Assembly: GCF_009834535.1 (NCBI RefSeq)
Contig: NC_045696.1
Coordinates: 112,532,001 to 112,596,000 of the forward strand
Source of the DNA: Camelus ferus
Taxonomy: Eukaryota
Length of the DNA stretch: 64,000 nt
Reading direction: 5' to 3'
Positions 24,831 to 35,925 of this stretch are shown in pieces. Position 1 is the first letter of the stretch, and the number at the start of each line of letters is the position of its first letter. The notes below the pieces were generated by a model, which searched no databases, was not told the origin of the DNA, and worked only from the letters and a program-made list of their open reading frames with translations. A program made the position numbers and the translations under genes.

Positions 24831-25964
24831 CACAGTTCTTTTAAAAACATTTTCCTGTAATGAAGAAGGTGGTGGGATCTTCCTTTTACATGAGGAAACA
24901 GCATCTTAGCAAAATTAACTTGCCTTAGCTCATAGGATCATAGCATGCCGAACCAGGGATTCAGCTCCATCTCTTGACCCCCAGGGACACACACCACACG
25001 GTAACAGGTCTATCAGGAAAGAAGCAATGCTGGGAAGGTAACAGAAGATTGCATTCAGTATATGATCTCCACGTCAGTAAATGCATGAATCAACACCAGA
25101 ATCAGGATATCTGAAAGGTATCACTTCTTGGAACTGTTGCATCATCTAAGAATTGCTGCGCTGGGTCACTAGTTGCAGAGTTATCCTGCACAAATTAATT
25201 CTGTCCCTGCTATTTTTACTTCTTGGTCTAGATTCAGAAATATTTCAGTAAGTCTCAGCATCAGGAAGAGTCAAGGTTAGTTAATACCAAACTCCTACAT
25301 CATAATAGCCCACTCTTAAATTCCTTTCAGAAATATTTGTGGTAGTGTTCTTCATGAGATCAGAGTGTGAGGATGAATTGGGGGTAGGAGCAGCAGTTGG
25401 CATCACTGAAGACAAGAGGACTAGTGTGTTTCTTTGGGGAAAGATCATACAGTCTGCACTAGACTATACGGAAGTGGGATGAAGAGATGATAAGGAGCAT
25501 CAGGGATTTGAATGGGAGCTGCAGGGACCTCCTCACTGATCGTGGGCTGGGAGGAACAAAGGCTGAGTTGAAGAGCAAGGTAGGAAACCCAATGGTGAAC
25601 ATGGGCAGATGATCAGCAGGACCAGAGATGGCTTTGTTGACGCAAAGTCACCTAAATGCTGGTCTCAGGAATGCTTCATTTTCATCTAACCAAAGGCAAA
25701 AAGTGCTCCAGTGTCTGGGTCTGGGCTGAATTTATATGTGAAGTTGGAAAAACAGAGGAAAGGGTAGTCCAGACTTCCAGGAACTCCTAGCTTCAGGGAG
25801 CAGAGGAATGCAGACAGGTTCATCACACAGGGGAAACCAGCATTTTCTGCATGGACTTTTCATTGGCTACAGAATAAAAGTAGGTAGCACAGTGCCGGAC
25901 ATGCAACAGGATCTCAGTATCTGTTTGGGGAATGAAATAATGAACCTAATGAACTGGTAGGCTC

Positions 25965-26165
25965 ATAGGCCATAGTCACAAATTGCTAGGGCTACACAGT
26001 GTTTCAAAAATGAGGAATTATCTTCTAGCATTTATCTTTACACAGAAACCTGGATTTACCATTTCTTTCCAAAAAGAGAGCGATCTGGCTACACTGACAA
26101 CACTTAGCTGGAGCTAAGTAGTAACTGCTCCCTACAGAACAGGCAGGTGCCCTCTTGACCTGTTT
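25965..26165 (+). mobile_element. hAT-Charlie fragment (MER102/Charlie4-like)
   Basis: cacagtgtttcaaaa...cctggattt...gatctggctacactg...gctggagctaagtagtaactgctcc. Confidence 0.6.
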
Positions 26166-27458
26166 CCACCTGCTTGGGTGTTGTCAGCACCTGAATCACA
26201 AACTTTGACCTAAAGGCATGGTTATAGTTAGTGGGAATTAGAGACCTCAAGAGGGGAAGTGATGTCAGAGAAGGCTTAAGAGAGCTAACTGGGAGTGAAG
26301 AGGACTGTGATTTTCCACTCAAATCACATCTCCTAAGCAGACTGACTGTCTCACACTGTTGCTGCTGGGGATGTGCTATAAACGCAGCACCCAGTTAAGA
26401 GATGACTGAGTCAGGGGAGCAAGACTAATGGTGATGGATAAACACTGAGCCACAGGCAGACAGCTGGCTATCTGGGGGAACTGATGACCTACAGAGTTGA
26501 AGACAGAAAGGAAACAGGCTGTGGCATCACCAGAAATAGCATTCAACACAATGGATTGGACAGAGAATGGAAGTGGGGGTCAGGAAAGAAGAGTTCCTGT
26601 CCAGTGCAGCTGCCAACAAAGTGTTGTGACTTTGCCCATGGTCACATCACCCTCTCCTTAGTTCTTGAGTGAATTTCGTAAGGTCACGGAAACGAACCCC
26701 TGAAGCTGAAACACTTAAGAGAGACATGGAAAATCAGAGTGACAATGTACGGTATGAGAAAGATTACCATTTCTGATACAATATTTAGATTTGTTGACTC
26801 CAAGTCTCCAATTTTAAATCTCCAATTTTCCTTCCTGAGCTGGTTGTAAGGCTTCCTATTGTATATGTAGGAAATTCTTGCTCCACAAATTTATATGATT
26901 AATACAATTTCCTTTGGACTGTGACCTTACTTTGGGGTGGGGGAGCTATTTAAGTACCTCAGCACATTCTTTATTTGTATGTAAATGGTGCTGCTAATTG
27001 CCAAACTGAAAGAAGCCCCAGCAGGACTTCTTCATGGAAACACTTGGTTAACAGCTAGTTCACATTGTTAGTGTTCTTGAAAAGTAATAGAATTGCTTTT
27101 TATTTTCAAATAATCTTAAATTCAGTCTCTTTCGTTTGTATGACTGGCATTCACCCAACTTCTGTAAACAGAAATTTAACTCTTATCCTCTCTGGGACAT
27201 CCACTGATCCCCAGAAAACTTTAACAATACCCTATTCTTCTTAGCTAAGGATTAACTCTCAAATTGAGACAGGAGAGAAGGAGGCAGGGCACAACAATTA
27301 AAAGAATGACACAGCAATTAGCAGCAAGATGGTGGAAGACTCAAAGAAGACCTTGAGTTTCATTATATGCTCATTGTAATACAATAGCTGCTTAATGACA
27401 CACCCACAGGTGCCAAGACAATTTCAAGACTGAGGTCAAAAAGTGGGTGATAGCCCAA

Positions 27459-27467
27459 TTCCTGGAA
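27459..27467. promoter_or_regulatory. STAT GAS motif TTCCTGGAA inside the MER41-like LTR
   Basis: Exact TTCN3GAA match in the LTR region where MER41 elements carry STAT1 sites. Function is untested. Confidence 0.5.
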
Positions 27468-27582
27468 ATCCCAGCCCCTCCCTCAAAATAGTTGGAATAA
27501 TCTTCCTACTTGTTAGCATATAAAGTTACCAAATCCGTAAAAACTAACAACTCCACACGTCATAGTCACTCTCTCTTGTCTT

Positions 27583-28150
27583 ATTTTTAATTTTTTCACT
27601 TTCTTTTTTTTTCTTTAATTAATAGGCTTTATTTTTTAGAGCACTTTTCAGATTCACAGCAGAATTCAGCAGAAAATACAGAGAGTTTGCACATAGCCCT
27701 CCCCATCCACACATATATACTCCCCTCCCCTCAACATCCCTCATCAGTGTGGCATATTTGGTACAAGGGATGAACCAACAAGGACACCTTATTATCAACC
27801 AAAGTCCACAGTTTACATTAGGGTTCACTCTTGATGTTGTACATTCTATGGGCTTTGACAAATGCATAATGACATGTAGCCACCATTATAGTATCATACA
27901 GAATAACTTCATTGCCCTAAAAATCCCTCATATTCCATCTATTTATTCCTCCCTCACTCGTTCTCCCCAAGCCCCTGGAAACCATGATCTTTTTGCTGTT
28001 TCTGTAGCTTTGCCTTTTCCAGAATGTCATTTGGTTAGAACCATACAGTTTGTAACCTTTTCAGACTGGTTTCTTTCATTTAGTAATATGTCTTATAAGT
28101 TTCTTCCATGTCTTTCCTGGCTTGATAACTAATTTTTTTAACTGCACATA
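27583..28150 (-). mobile_element. Ancient L1MC-like 3' end with poly(A) (distal cargo of the insertion)
   Basis: caaagtccacagtttacattagggttcactcttg...tgtacattctatgggctttgacaaatg is an L1MC1/2-type 3' UTR. Minus-strand AATAAA at 27628-27633, T-rich tract at 27583-27616. Confidence 0.85.
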
Positions 28151-28259
28151 TATTTTTTAAAATTTACATATATGTACTGTTCATTGTTTCTAAGATTTAG
28201 AGCTTTAGCTTTTTAAACTTACATAGTTATCAAAGGAATAAAGCCATCACAAAATAAGA

Positions 28260-28440
28260 ATTAATTTAAAAAGATACATACACCCTGCTACTAACAGCAG
28301 CATTATTTGTAATTGCCAAGATATGGAAGCATCCTAAGTGCACATCAATAGTTGAATAGATAAAGAAGATGCAGCATATATATATGTAATGGAATACAAC
28401 TCACCCATAAGAAAGAAGAATATTTCACCATTTCCAGCCT
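28260..28440 (+). mobile_element. L1 ORF2 C-terminal fragment
   Basis: aaaagatacatacaccc...gcagcattattt...gccaagatatggaagca.cctaagtg...aatggaatacaactca. Confidence 0.85.
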
Positions 28441-28514
28441 TCATTTACTTTTTCTACTTTTTTTTTTTTCATTTCAAAAACCAGAATTTTATAACTGGCA
28501 TAAACATTTCCATT

Positions 28515-28787
28515 GTATCATAAACAACAAAATATCTAGAAATAAACTTAACCAAGGAGGTTACCTATATTATGAAAACCTAAATGACATAAAGGAATGG
28601 AAAGATTTCTTGTGCTCTTGGATTGGAAGAATCAACACTATCAAAATGGCTACACTACCCAAAGCAATCCACAGATCCAATGCAGCCCCCATCAAAATAC
28701 TCACAACATTCCTCACAAAACTAGAACAAACAATTCCAGAATTTATAAGGAACCACAAAAGACCCCAAACAGCCAAAGCAATCTTTT
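28515..28787 (+). pseudogene. L1 ORF2 internal fragment
   Basis: Translation CSWIGRINTIKMATLPKAIHRSNAAPIKI...FIRNHKRPQTAKAI matches the conserved L1 ORF2 post-RT region. Confidence 0.93.
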
Positions 28788-28794
28788 GTCGGTC

Positions 28795-30806
28795 TTTTTT
28801 TTTTTTTTTTTTCCTTCTTTTTGTTCTCTTTTCTTAGGGTTTGATGACTAGAGAAGGTCCTTTAACATTTGTTCTAAAGCTGGTTTGGTGATGCTGAAAT
28901 CTTTTAGCTTTGGTTTGTCTGTGAAGCTTCTGATTTCTCCATCAGTCTGAACGAGAGCCTTGCTGGATGGGAAGAGTATCCTTGGTTGTTAGTTTTCCCC
29001 TTTCATCACTTTAAATATGTCACACCACTCCCTTCTGCCCTGTAGAGTTTCTGGTGAAAAATCAGCTGATAACCTTATGGGAGCTCCCTTGTATGTTATT
29101 TGTTGTTTTTCTCTTGCCAATTTTAATATTTTCTCTTTTTTGTCGATTTGATGACTATGTGCCTTGGTGTGTTCCTCTTTTGGGTACTCTCTGTGCTTCC
29201 TAGACTTGGGTGACTGTTTCCTTTCCCAAGTTGGGGAAGTTTTCAGTGATTATCTCTCCAAAAGTTTTCTCAGGTCCTTTCTCTCTCTCTCTTCTCTTTC
29301 TGGGACCCCTATAATGCAAATATCAGTGTGTTTCATGTTGTCCCAGAGTTCTCTTAAACGATCTTCATTTCTTTTCATTCTTTTTCCTTTTTTCTTTTCT
29401 GCAGTTGTGATCTCCACTAATCTGTCTTCTAGCTCACTGATCCATTCTTCTGTATCATTTAGTCTATTCTTAGTTCCTTCTTGTGTGTTACTCATTTTAG
29501 TGATTTTTATTCTTCAACTCTGGGTATTTTTTATATTTTCCAGCTCTTTGCTAAAAACTTTGCTCTGGGCATCTATACTCCTCTTGAGTTCTCTGAACAT
29601 CTTGGCCATCATTACTTTAAACTTTTTCTCAGATAAATTGCCTATCTCCTCATCACTTATTTCTTCTTCTGGGAGTTTATATTGTGCTTTAGCCTGGGAG
29701 ATACGCATTTGCTGCCTCATATTATCTATCCTTCTATTTGTATTTTTAGGTAGGTTAGTTACATTTCTTGACCTTGGAGAAATGGCTTTCTGTGGGAGAT
29801 GTCCTATGTGTCCCAGCAGGACGCTTCTCTCTTGTCACACAAGGGACAGGGTCCAGCCAGTCACAGTGTAGAGCCTGGCCTGTGTTTCTGGATTCCTTCC
29901 ACAGGCTTTGGGGTTGTTGTTTTCTTATTTCTGGTACCCGCCCCTGGTGGATAAGGCTGGACTAGAGGCTTATGCAGGGTTCTTGGCAAGAGGAGCCAAT
30001 GCCTGCCCACTGCTGGGTGAAGGTTAGTCCTGGACCCCTGGTGGGTAGGGCCCTGTCTAGAGGCCTTTGTGGCTTAAGAAGTCTGATGATGGATGTGGCT
30101 GTGTTCCCACACTGTGTGTTGTTTGGCCTGAGGCTTCCCTACAGGATGTAGGGTGGGGCTAGGTCTTGGTGCTAATGATCCAATCAAGATGTCAGACTCC
30201 AGGAAAGCTCACGTAGATGAACAATCCCCAATCCAAGAATGTCTGCCACCAGCTTTTATGTCCCCTGGGTGAGCTGCATCCATCCCCTATGTCCCCAGGA
30301 GACCCTCCAAAACCAGCAGGCAGGCCTGGCCCACGTTCCTATGAAATCACTGTGTCTGCCCTTGGCCTGGTGCATGTGAGTTTCCATGTACCCTTCCCAA
30401 GTGAATGAAGTCTCCATTTCCCTCAGTCCCCATGGGGCTCCCAGAGCCAAGCCCAAACCCTGCTGGCCTTCAAAACCAGAAGTCCTGGAGTCTCCTTCTC
30501 TTCCCAATGCCAGGGCCCGGGCTGGGCACCCTGACATGGGGCTTAGAGCTCTCACTCCTGTGGAAGGGCCTCTACAACTTAACTATTCTTCAACTTGTGG
30601 GTCACCCACCCAAGGGGTATGGGGCCCAATTATATCACAATCATGTCCTACCATCCTGTTGTGATTCCCTCTTTATGTTTCCAGTTGCAGAAGATCTTTT
30701 TTGCTAGGTTCCAGTCTTTTTTTCGATGGTTGTTTAGCATTCAGTTGTGGTTTCACTGTAGGCACAAGGAGAGGTGAGCTCATGGGCCTACCACTCTGCC
30801 ATCTTG
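28795..30806 (-). mobile_element. ORF1-only L1 derivative (HAL1-like): 5' UTR + ORF1 + short A-rich spacer + A18
   Basis: Begins caagatggcagag (L1 5' YY1 motif) next to the TSD, then ~1.08 kb of 5' UTR and ORF1 29720->28848. A18 lies 35 nt after the ORF1 stop, with no colinear ORF2. Confidence 0.85.
28848..29720 (-). pseudogene. L1 ORF1p (RNA-binding chaperone), frameshifted/disrupted
   Basis: ...EIGNLSEKKFKVMMAKMF...EEWISELEDR...LRELWDNMKHTDICIIGVPE...ENFPNL...ITYKGAPIRLSADFSPETLQGRREW...TKPALEQMLKDLL*. Confidence 0.95.
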
Positions 30807-31489
30807 ACTCTCTCTTGCCTTCTGAGACAGCCTGCTCTGTGTATGGAGAATGTACCTCTCTGAATAAATCTACCTTTACTCAACTATAATTTACTCTTGA
30901 ATTATTTCCTGCAGAAAGCCAAGGACTCTTGCTTGGCAGGGTGCATTCCAGGGACTCATTCAAGACCTGGGACATGACCATTCTCTCACGCTCCATTTTC
31001 CCTAAATCAAAATTATGTCAAGCAAAAATTACATTACAAAAATTAGCCTATGGATGTCTAGTAAAGTCCTCACAAAATGCAAGCAATAAAACCCCATTCA
31101 TTTTACTTTGTAGGCAAAGACCTCAGACCCTCCTTGAGCTATGCTGGATTTTTCTTACGCACATTGTTTCAAGGCTGATCTGAGTTAATCAGCACCACAG
31201 GAAGATGCAAATGAGAAGGACCAGGCAGCTGCTAGAGGTAGCACTCTGGAAAGCATCTGATGAGAAGAAATTAAAGGCACCATGGCCAAGAGGGAGAGAA
31301 GTAAAATGAGAAGTCAGATAAGGAACTAGAAAAGGATGTACCACCAAGCCTCTTTCAGGAAGGATATCTACAAAACCTAGCACCAAATCTTGGGAGCAAA
31401 TACTTTCATTCAAGATTAAGCTCTCTGAGCCAAAAAGAAACAGCGAAAATATGGCCAATTCCCCTACAGCTTCATCATCATCATGGTAA

Positions 31490-31680
31490 TAACAGCTGAC
31501 ATTTATTAAGCTCACAGTGTGCTAAATGCTGTGTTAAGGTACTGTTCATCTCACTTAATTTTCTTAACATTAGTGAGAGGTAGATAGTATTATTCCTATT
31601 TTATAGAGGAGTAAAATAAATCATAGAGGGTTTAACTTTAAGAAATCACACAGTAAGGATGAAGGAAATCACATACCAGA
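31490..31680 (-). mobile_element. MIR SINE
   Basis: aacagctgacatttattaagctcac...gaggtagatagtattattcctattttatagaggagtaaa. Confidence 0.75.
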
Positions 31681-32234
31681 TTCCATTCTCATAGCTACAA
31701 AACTCTGTTTATCAATAGAATCCAATTTTTTTGCATTCTACCAGTCTATGTTTCATATGCCATTCTCCATAGATTTTAGATACTAACACACCATTCCCTC
31801 ATTTGAAATGTACAATTCAGTGATTTTCAGTGAACTTACAGAAGTGGGCAACCACAGCTACAATCTAGGTTTAGAACATTTCCACCACCCCCAAAAGATT
31901 CCTCTTGTTCATTGTCAGTCAATCCCTGCATCTTCCTAGGCAATCATTTACTTATTTTTTGTCTCTGTAGATTTGCCTCTTCTAGACATTTCATGCAAGT
32001 GAAAACAGATTTTGAGGTCTTTTGGTAACTGGCCTCATTCACTTAGCAAAATGTTTTTGAGGTTCAACCAGGTCATAGCACGTATTAGTAGTCTGTTCCT
32101 TTTCATTGCCAAAAAGCATTCCATTATATGAATATACCACATTTGTTTAGCACTCACCAATTGGACATTTTGATTATTTTCAGTTTTTGCTACTATGAAT
32201 AATGCCATTCTGAACATCCCTTTTTGAGTCCTTA

Positions 32235-34527
32235 CAATCATACCTCATTTTCTTGTGGTTCACTTATCCCAATTCACAGATACTGTGTCCTTTACAAATT
32301 GAGGGTCTGTGGCAACCCTGCAACCAGAAAGTCTATTGGCACTATTTTTCCAATAGCATTTGCTTATTTTGAGTCTTTGTGTCACAATATGGTAATTCTC
32401 ATTTATTATTTGAAATATTTTAAACGTTTCCATTATTATCATATTTGTTATGGTGATCTATGATCAGTGATTTTGGAAGTTACTACTATATTTGTTTTGG
32501 GGCACCAAGAACTTCATTTAAGATGGCAAACGTAACTAATAAATGTTGTGTGTGTTCTGACTGCTCCACTGACAGGCTGTCCCCCCATCTCTCTCTCTCC
32601 CCTTGGGTCTCTCTATTCACTGAAACACAACAATACTGAAATTAGGCAGGTTAATAGCCCTACAATGGGGTCTAAGTGTTCAAGTGAAAGGAAGAGTCAC
32701 ACATCTCTCACTTTCAACCAAAAGGTAGAAATGATGAAGCTTCATGAGGAAGGCTTGTTGAAAGCCAAGACAGGCTGAAAGCTAGGCCTCTTGCACCAAA
32801 CAGTTAGCCAAGTCGTAAACACAAAGGAAAAGTTCTTCAAGGAAAATAAAAGTGCTACTCCAGTGAACATATGAATGAAGAAAGGAAACAGCCTTACTGC
32901 TGATATGGAGATAGTTTTTGTGGCCAGGATATTAAATCAAACCAGCCACAACATTCCCTTAAACTAAAGCCCAGTCCATAGCAACACCCTAACACTTTTC
33001 AATTCTATGAAGCCTGAGAGAGGTGAGGAAGCTGCAGAAGAAAAGTTTGAAGGAGCAGAGATTGGTTCATGAGGTTTAAATAAAGAAGCTGTCTCCATAA
33101 CATAAAAGTGCAAGGTGAAGCAAGTTCTCCAGAAGATCTAGCTCAGGTCATTCATGAAGGTGTCTCACAAATAAAGCATTCATAAATGCTTTATATGGGA
33201 AGAAAATACCATCTAAAACTTTCATAGATAGAGAGGAGAAGTCAGTGCCTGGCTTCAAAGCCTCAAAGGGCAGGCTGACTCTTGTTAGAGGCTAATGCAG
33301 CTGGTGACTTAGAGCTGAAGCCAATGATCATTTACCATTCTGAAAATCCTAGGGCCCTGAAGAATGATGCTAAATCTACTCTGCCTGGGCTCTAGAAATG
33401 GAACAACAAAGCCTGAATGACAGCACATCTGTTCGTAACATGGTTTGCTGAACGTTTTAAGGCCACTGTTGAGACATACTGCTCAGGAAAAAAAAAAAAG
33501 ATTCCTTTCAAAACATGACTGCTCACTGGCAATGCACCTGGTCACCCAAGAGCTCAGATAGAGATGGACAAGAAGTCTAATGTTGTCCCCATGCCTGCTG
33601 ACACAACATCCATTCTGCAGCCCATGGATCAAGGAGTCATTTCCACTTTCAAGTCTTATTACTTAAGAAATACATTTCATAAGGCTACAGCTGCCATGGA
33701 CAGTGATTCCTCTGATGGATCTGAGCAAAGTAAGCTGAAAAACTTCTGGAAAGGATTCACCATTCTGATGCCATTAAGAACATTTGTGATTCATGAGAAG
33801 AGGTAAAAAACATCAACACGAACAGGAGTTTGGAAGAAGTTGACTTCAACCCTCATAAATCACTTTGAGAGGTTCAAGACTTCCATGGAGGAAGTAACAG
33901 CAGATATGGTGAAAACAGCAAGAGAACTGGAATTAGAAGTGGAGCTTCAAGGTGTGACTGAATTGCTGCACTCTCATGATAAAATTTGAACAGATGAGGA
34001 GTTGCTTCTTATGGGTGAGCAGAGAAAATGGTTTGTTGAGATGGAATCTACTCCTGGTGAAGATAATGTGAAAATTAATGAAAAGACAACAAAGAATTTA
34101 GAATATTACATAAATTTAGTTGACAAAGCAGTAATAGGGTTTGAAAGGATTGACTTCAATTTTAAAAGCTTCACAGTGAATAAAGTGCTATCAAACAGCA
34201 CTACATGCTACAAAGAGATCATTTGTGAATGAAGACTCAAAATTCATTGTTGTCTTATTTTAAGAAATTGCCACAGCCATCCCAACCTTCAGAGTAACCA
34301 CCACCCTGATCAGTCAGCAGCCATCAACATGCTGGTGGCAAGACCCTCCATCAGCTAAAAGATTAGAAGATTAGAACTTGCTGAAGCTTCAGACAATGGT
34401 TAGCATTTTTTAGCAATAAAGTATTTTTTAAATAAGGGATGTACATTTTTTAGACATAATGCTATTGCACACTTAATAGACTACAGTACAGTGTAACATG
34501 ACTTTTCTATGCACTGGGAAACCAAAA
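32235..34527 (+). mobile_element. Tigger1 DNA transposon, near full length, right TIR missing
   Basis: TA|caatcatacctc left TIR and continuous match through the transposase. Ends at gcactgggaaaccaaaa, before the right TIR. Confidence 0.95.
32731..34232 (+). pseudogene. Tigger1 (TIGD1-like, pogo/CENP-B family) transposase, disrupted
   Basis: MMKLHEEGLLKAKTG*KLGLLHQTVSQVVN...; [38 protein letters not shown]...[11 protein letters not shown]. Many stops and frameshifts. Confidence 0.93.
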
Positions 34528-35037
34528 CTATCCTAGTGGGTGTGAAGTGAATTGTGGTCTTCCCTAAAGACAAATGACATTGAATATATTTGTGTGTCCT
34601 TCATTGGTGGAGTGACTATTCAAGTTTTTGGCCCATATTTAATTGAGTTCTCTTAATACTGAGTTGTGAGGTGCTTTATATGTCCTGGAAACAGTTCTTT
34701 ATTAAGTAATGCCTTACAAATATTTTCTCCTAATCTGATTTGTTTTCACTTTCTTAATGTTTTATGAAGCATAAAAGTTTTTAAAATGTTGAATTTATCA
34801 ATTCAATAATTTATCAATTTGTCAACTGTTTTATTTTTATGAATACTTTTGGTGTTATATCTAAAATTTTGGCTTAACCCAAGGTCATGAAGGTTTTCTT
34901 TTTTGGGGAGGGGGGCTGAGTTTTATAGTGTTAGCTTTATATTTAGGGTTGTGATCCCTTTTGAATTAATTTTTGTGTATGGTATTGTTTGAGTCTAAAA
35001 TAATTTTTTCCTGCTAAAGCACCAGAGTTTACAAATA

Positions 35038-35253
35038 CAGGTATCCCCTACTGTCTGAAAGTTTGCAACACGCCACTTCATTTTTACATAAGACTTACGT
35101 TAGTACAAGAGAGCTTTTTTTTTTTTTTTTTTTTTTGTAAAAACTAAAATCCTCTTCATGTTTCTTTTGGTTAGGAAAAACATGTACTATTGCAGGTCTT
35201 TTGTAAAAGTGAAGTTGTGTACTGCAAACTCTCAGAAATCGGGGGATATGCTT
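35038..35253. mobile_element. Tigger/mariner-type MITE with ~60-bp terminal inverted repeats
   Basis: TA|caggtatcccctactgtctgaaagtttgcaacacgccacttcatttttacataagac versus reverse complement of end catatcccccgatttctgagagtttgcagtacacaacttcacttttacaaaagac. Confidence 0.85.
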
Positions 35254-35344
35254 TGCTTTACATTTTTGGCTTAGGAAAGATTCCATAGTAACACTCAACT
35301 TTTGGAAGGAGAGAAGGGAAAACTGTAATTTCATTTCCCTCTCC

Positions 35345-35925
35345 CCCAAGACTTTATTATGAAAAATATCAAAGTATGAAGAAGTTGGAAAGATTGTACA
35401 GTAAATACCCATAAATCAGCTAGCCTCTATAATTGTTAACATTTGATGTATTTACCTTATCACATACCTATCCATCCATCATCTATATTACTTTTTGATG
35501 TATTTCAAAGTAAATTGAAATTTATATTATTAAAGTTTAAAGTTGTTTTCAATTCTTTATTTTTAAAGCAAGCTTACATACAGTGAAATGCACAAATTTT
35601 AGGTATACCATTTGAAAAATTTACATACTGTTTCTTGGATCTTGAAAAATTCACATACTGTTTTGGCCCAAATCCTATCAAGATATAAGATATTTATCAC
35701 TCCCCCACCATTTCTTCCCATGTCCCTTCCCCATCAATTGCCCTCCACTCCAATAAACATCGTTCTGATTTCTTTTATCATAAATGTGTTCTTTCCTTCA
35801 AGCTCATAAAAACTTCATACAAAGGGAATTATATAGTATGTACTCTTTTGTGTAATGCCTCTTTCACTCAGCAAAGCATCTCTGAGATTCACGCATGTTG
35901 CTGCTGAGCAAGTTTCCACTGAATG
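35345..35925 (-). mobile_element. Old L1 3' end fragments (L1ME/L1MC-like, two pieces)
   Basis: actttattatgaaaaat...; cttacatacagtgaaatgcacaaatttta...ggaattatatagtatgtactcttttgtgt...ctttcactcagca...tgagattca. Confidence 0.7.

Larger units (their letters stand above)
27265..31009 (+). mobile_element. MER41-like ERV1 solo LTR (~506 bp when rejoined: 27265-27582 + 30822-31009), split by a 3.2-kb retro-insertion
   Basis: Starts TG (27265), ends CA (31009), with a 4-bp TSD AAAT on both sides. MER41-like blocks: caagatggtgg, cattatatgctcattgtaatac, gacacacccacaggtgccaagaca, gaataatc...ttgttagcatataa, ctgctctgtgtatggag. AATAAA at 30863. Confidence 0.85.
31775..35000 (-). mobile_element. Old L1 (L1MB7/8- or L1ME-like) 3' region, split by Tigger1 (pieces 31775-32232 and 34528-35000)
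   Basis: Left piece: aatgtacaattcagtgatttt...ttagaacatttccaccacccccaaaaga...cattccattatatgaatataccaca. Resumes with ctatcctagtgggtgtgaagtg. Confidence 0.85.

Noticed and set aside
29164..29871. 235-aa Ser/Leu/Phe-rich plus-strand ORF resembling a membrane protein
   Set aside because: It is the antisense of the A-rich L1 ORF1. The hydrophobicity is a compositional artefact.
28260..30806. Twin-priming (5' inversion) explanation of the opposite-strand L1 pieces
   Set aside because: The two plus-strand ORF2 pieces are not colinear, an A18 follows ORF1, and an unrelated older L1MC lies within the same TSD.
30217..30889. Cluster of overlapping ORFs
   Set aside because: They lie in the GC-richer L1 5' UTR and LTR junction, where stop codons are scarce. 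No recognisable protein.
32731..34232. Possible domesticated TIGD1-like gene
   Set aside because: Multiple in-frame stops and frameshifts. It is a fossil transposase.
35612..35665. 30-bp direct duplication (also small duplications near 34358, 36904 and 51795)
   Set aside because: Ordinary slippage duplications inside old repeats.
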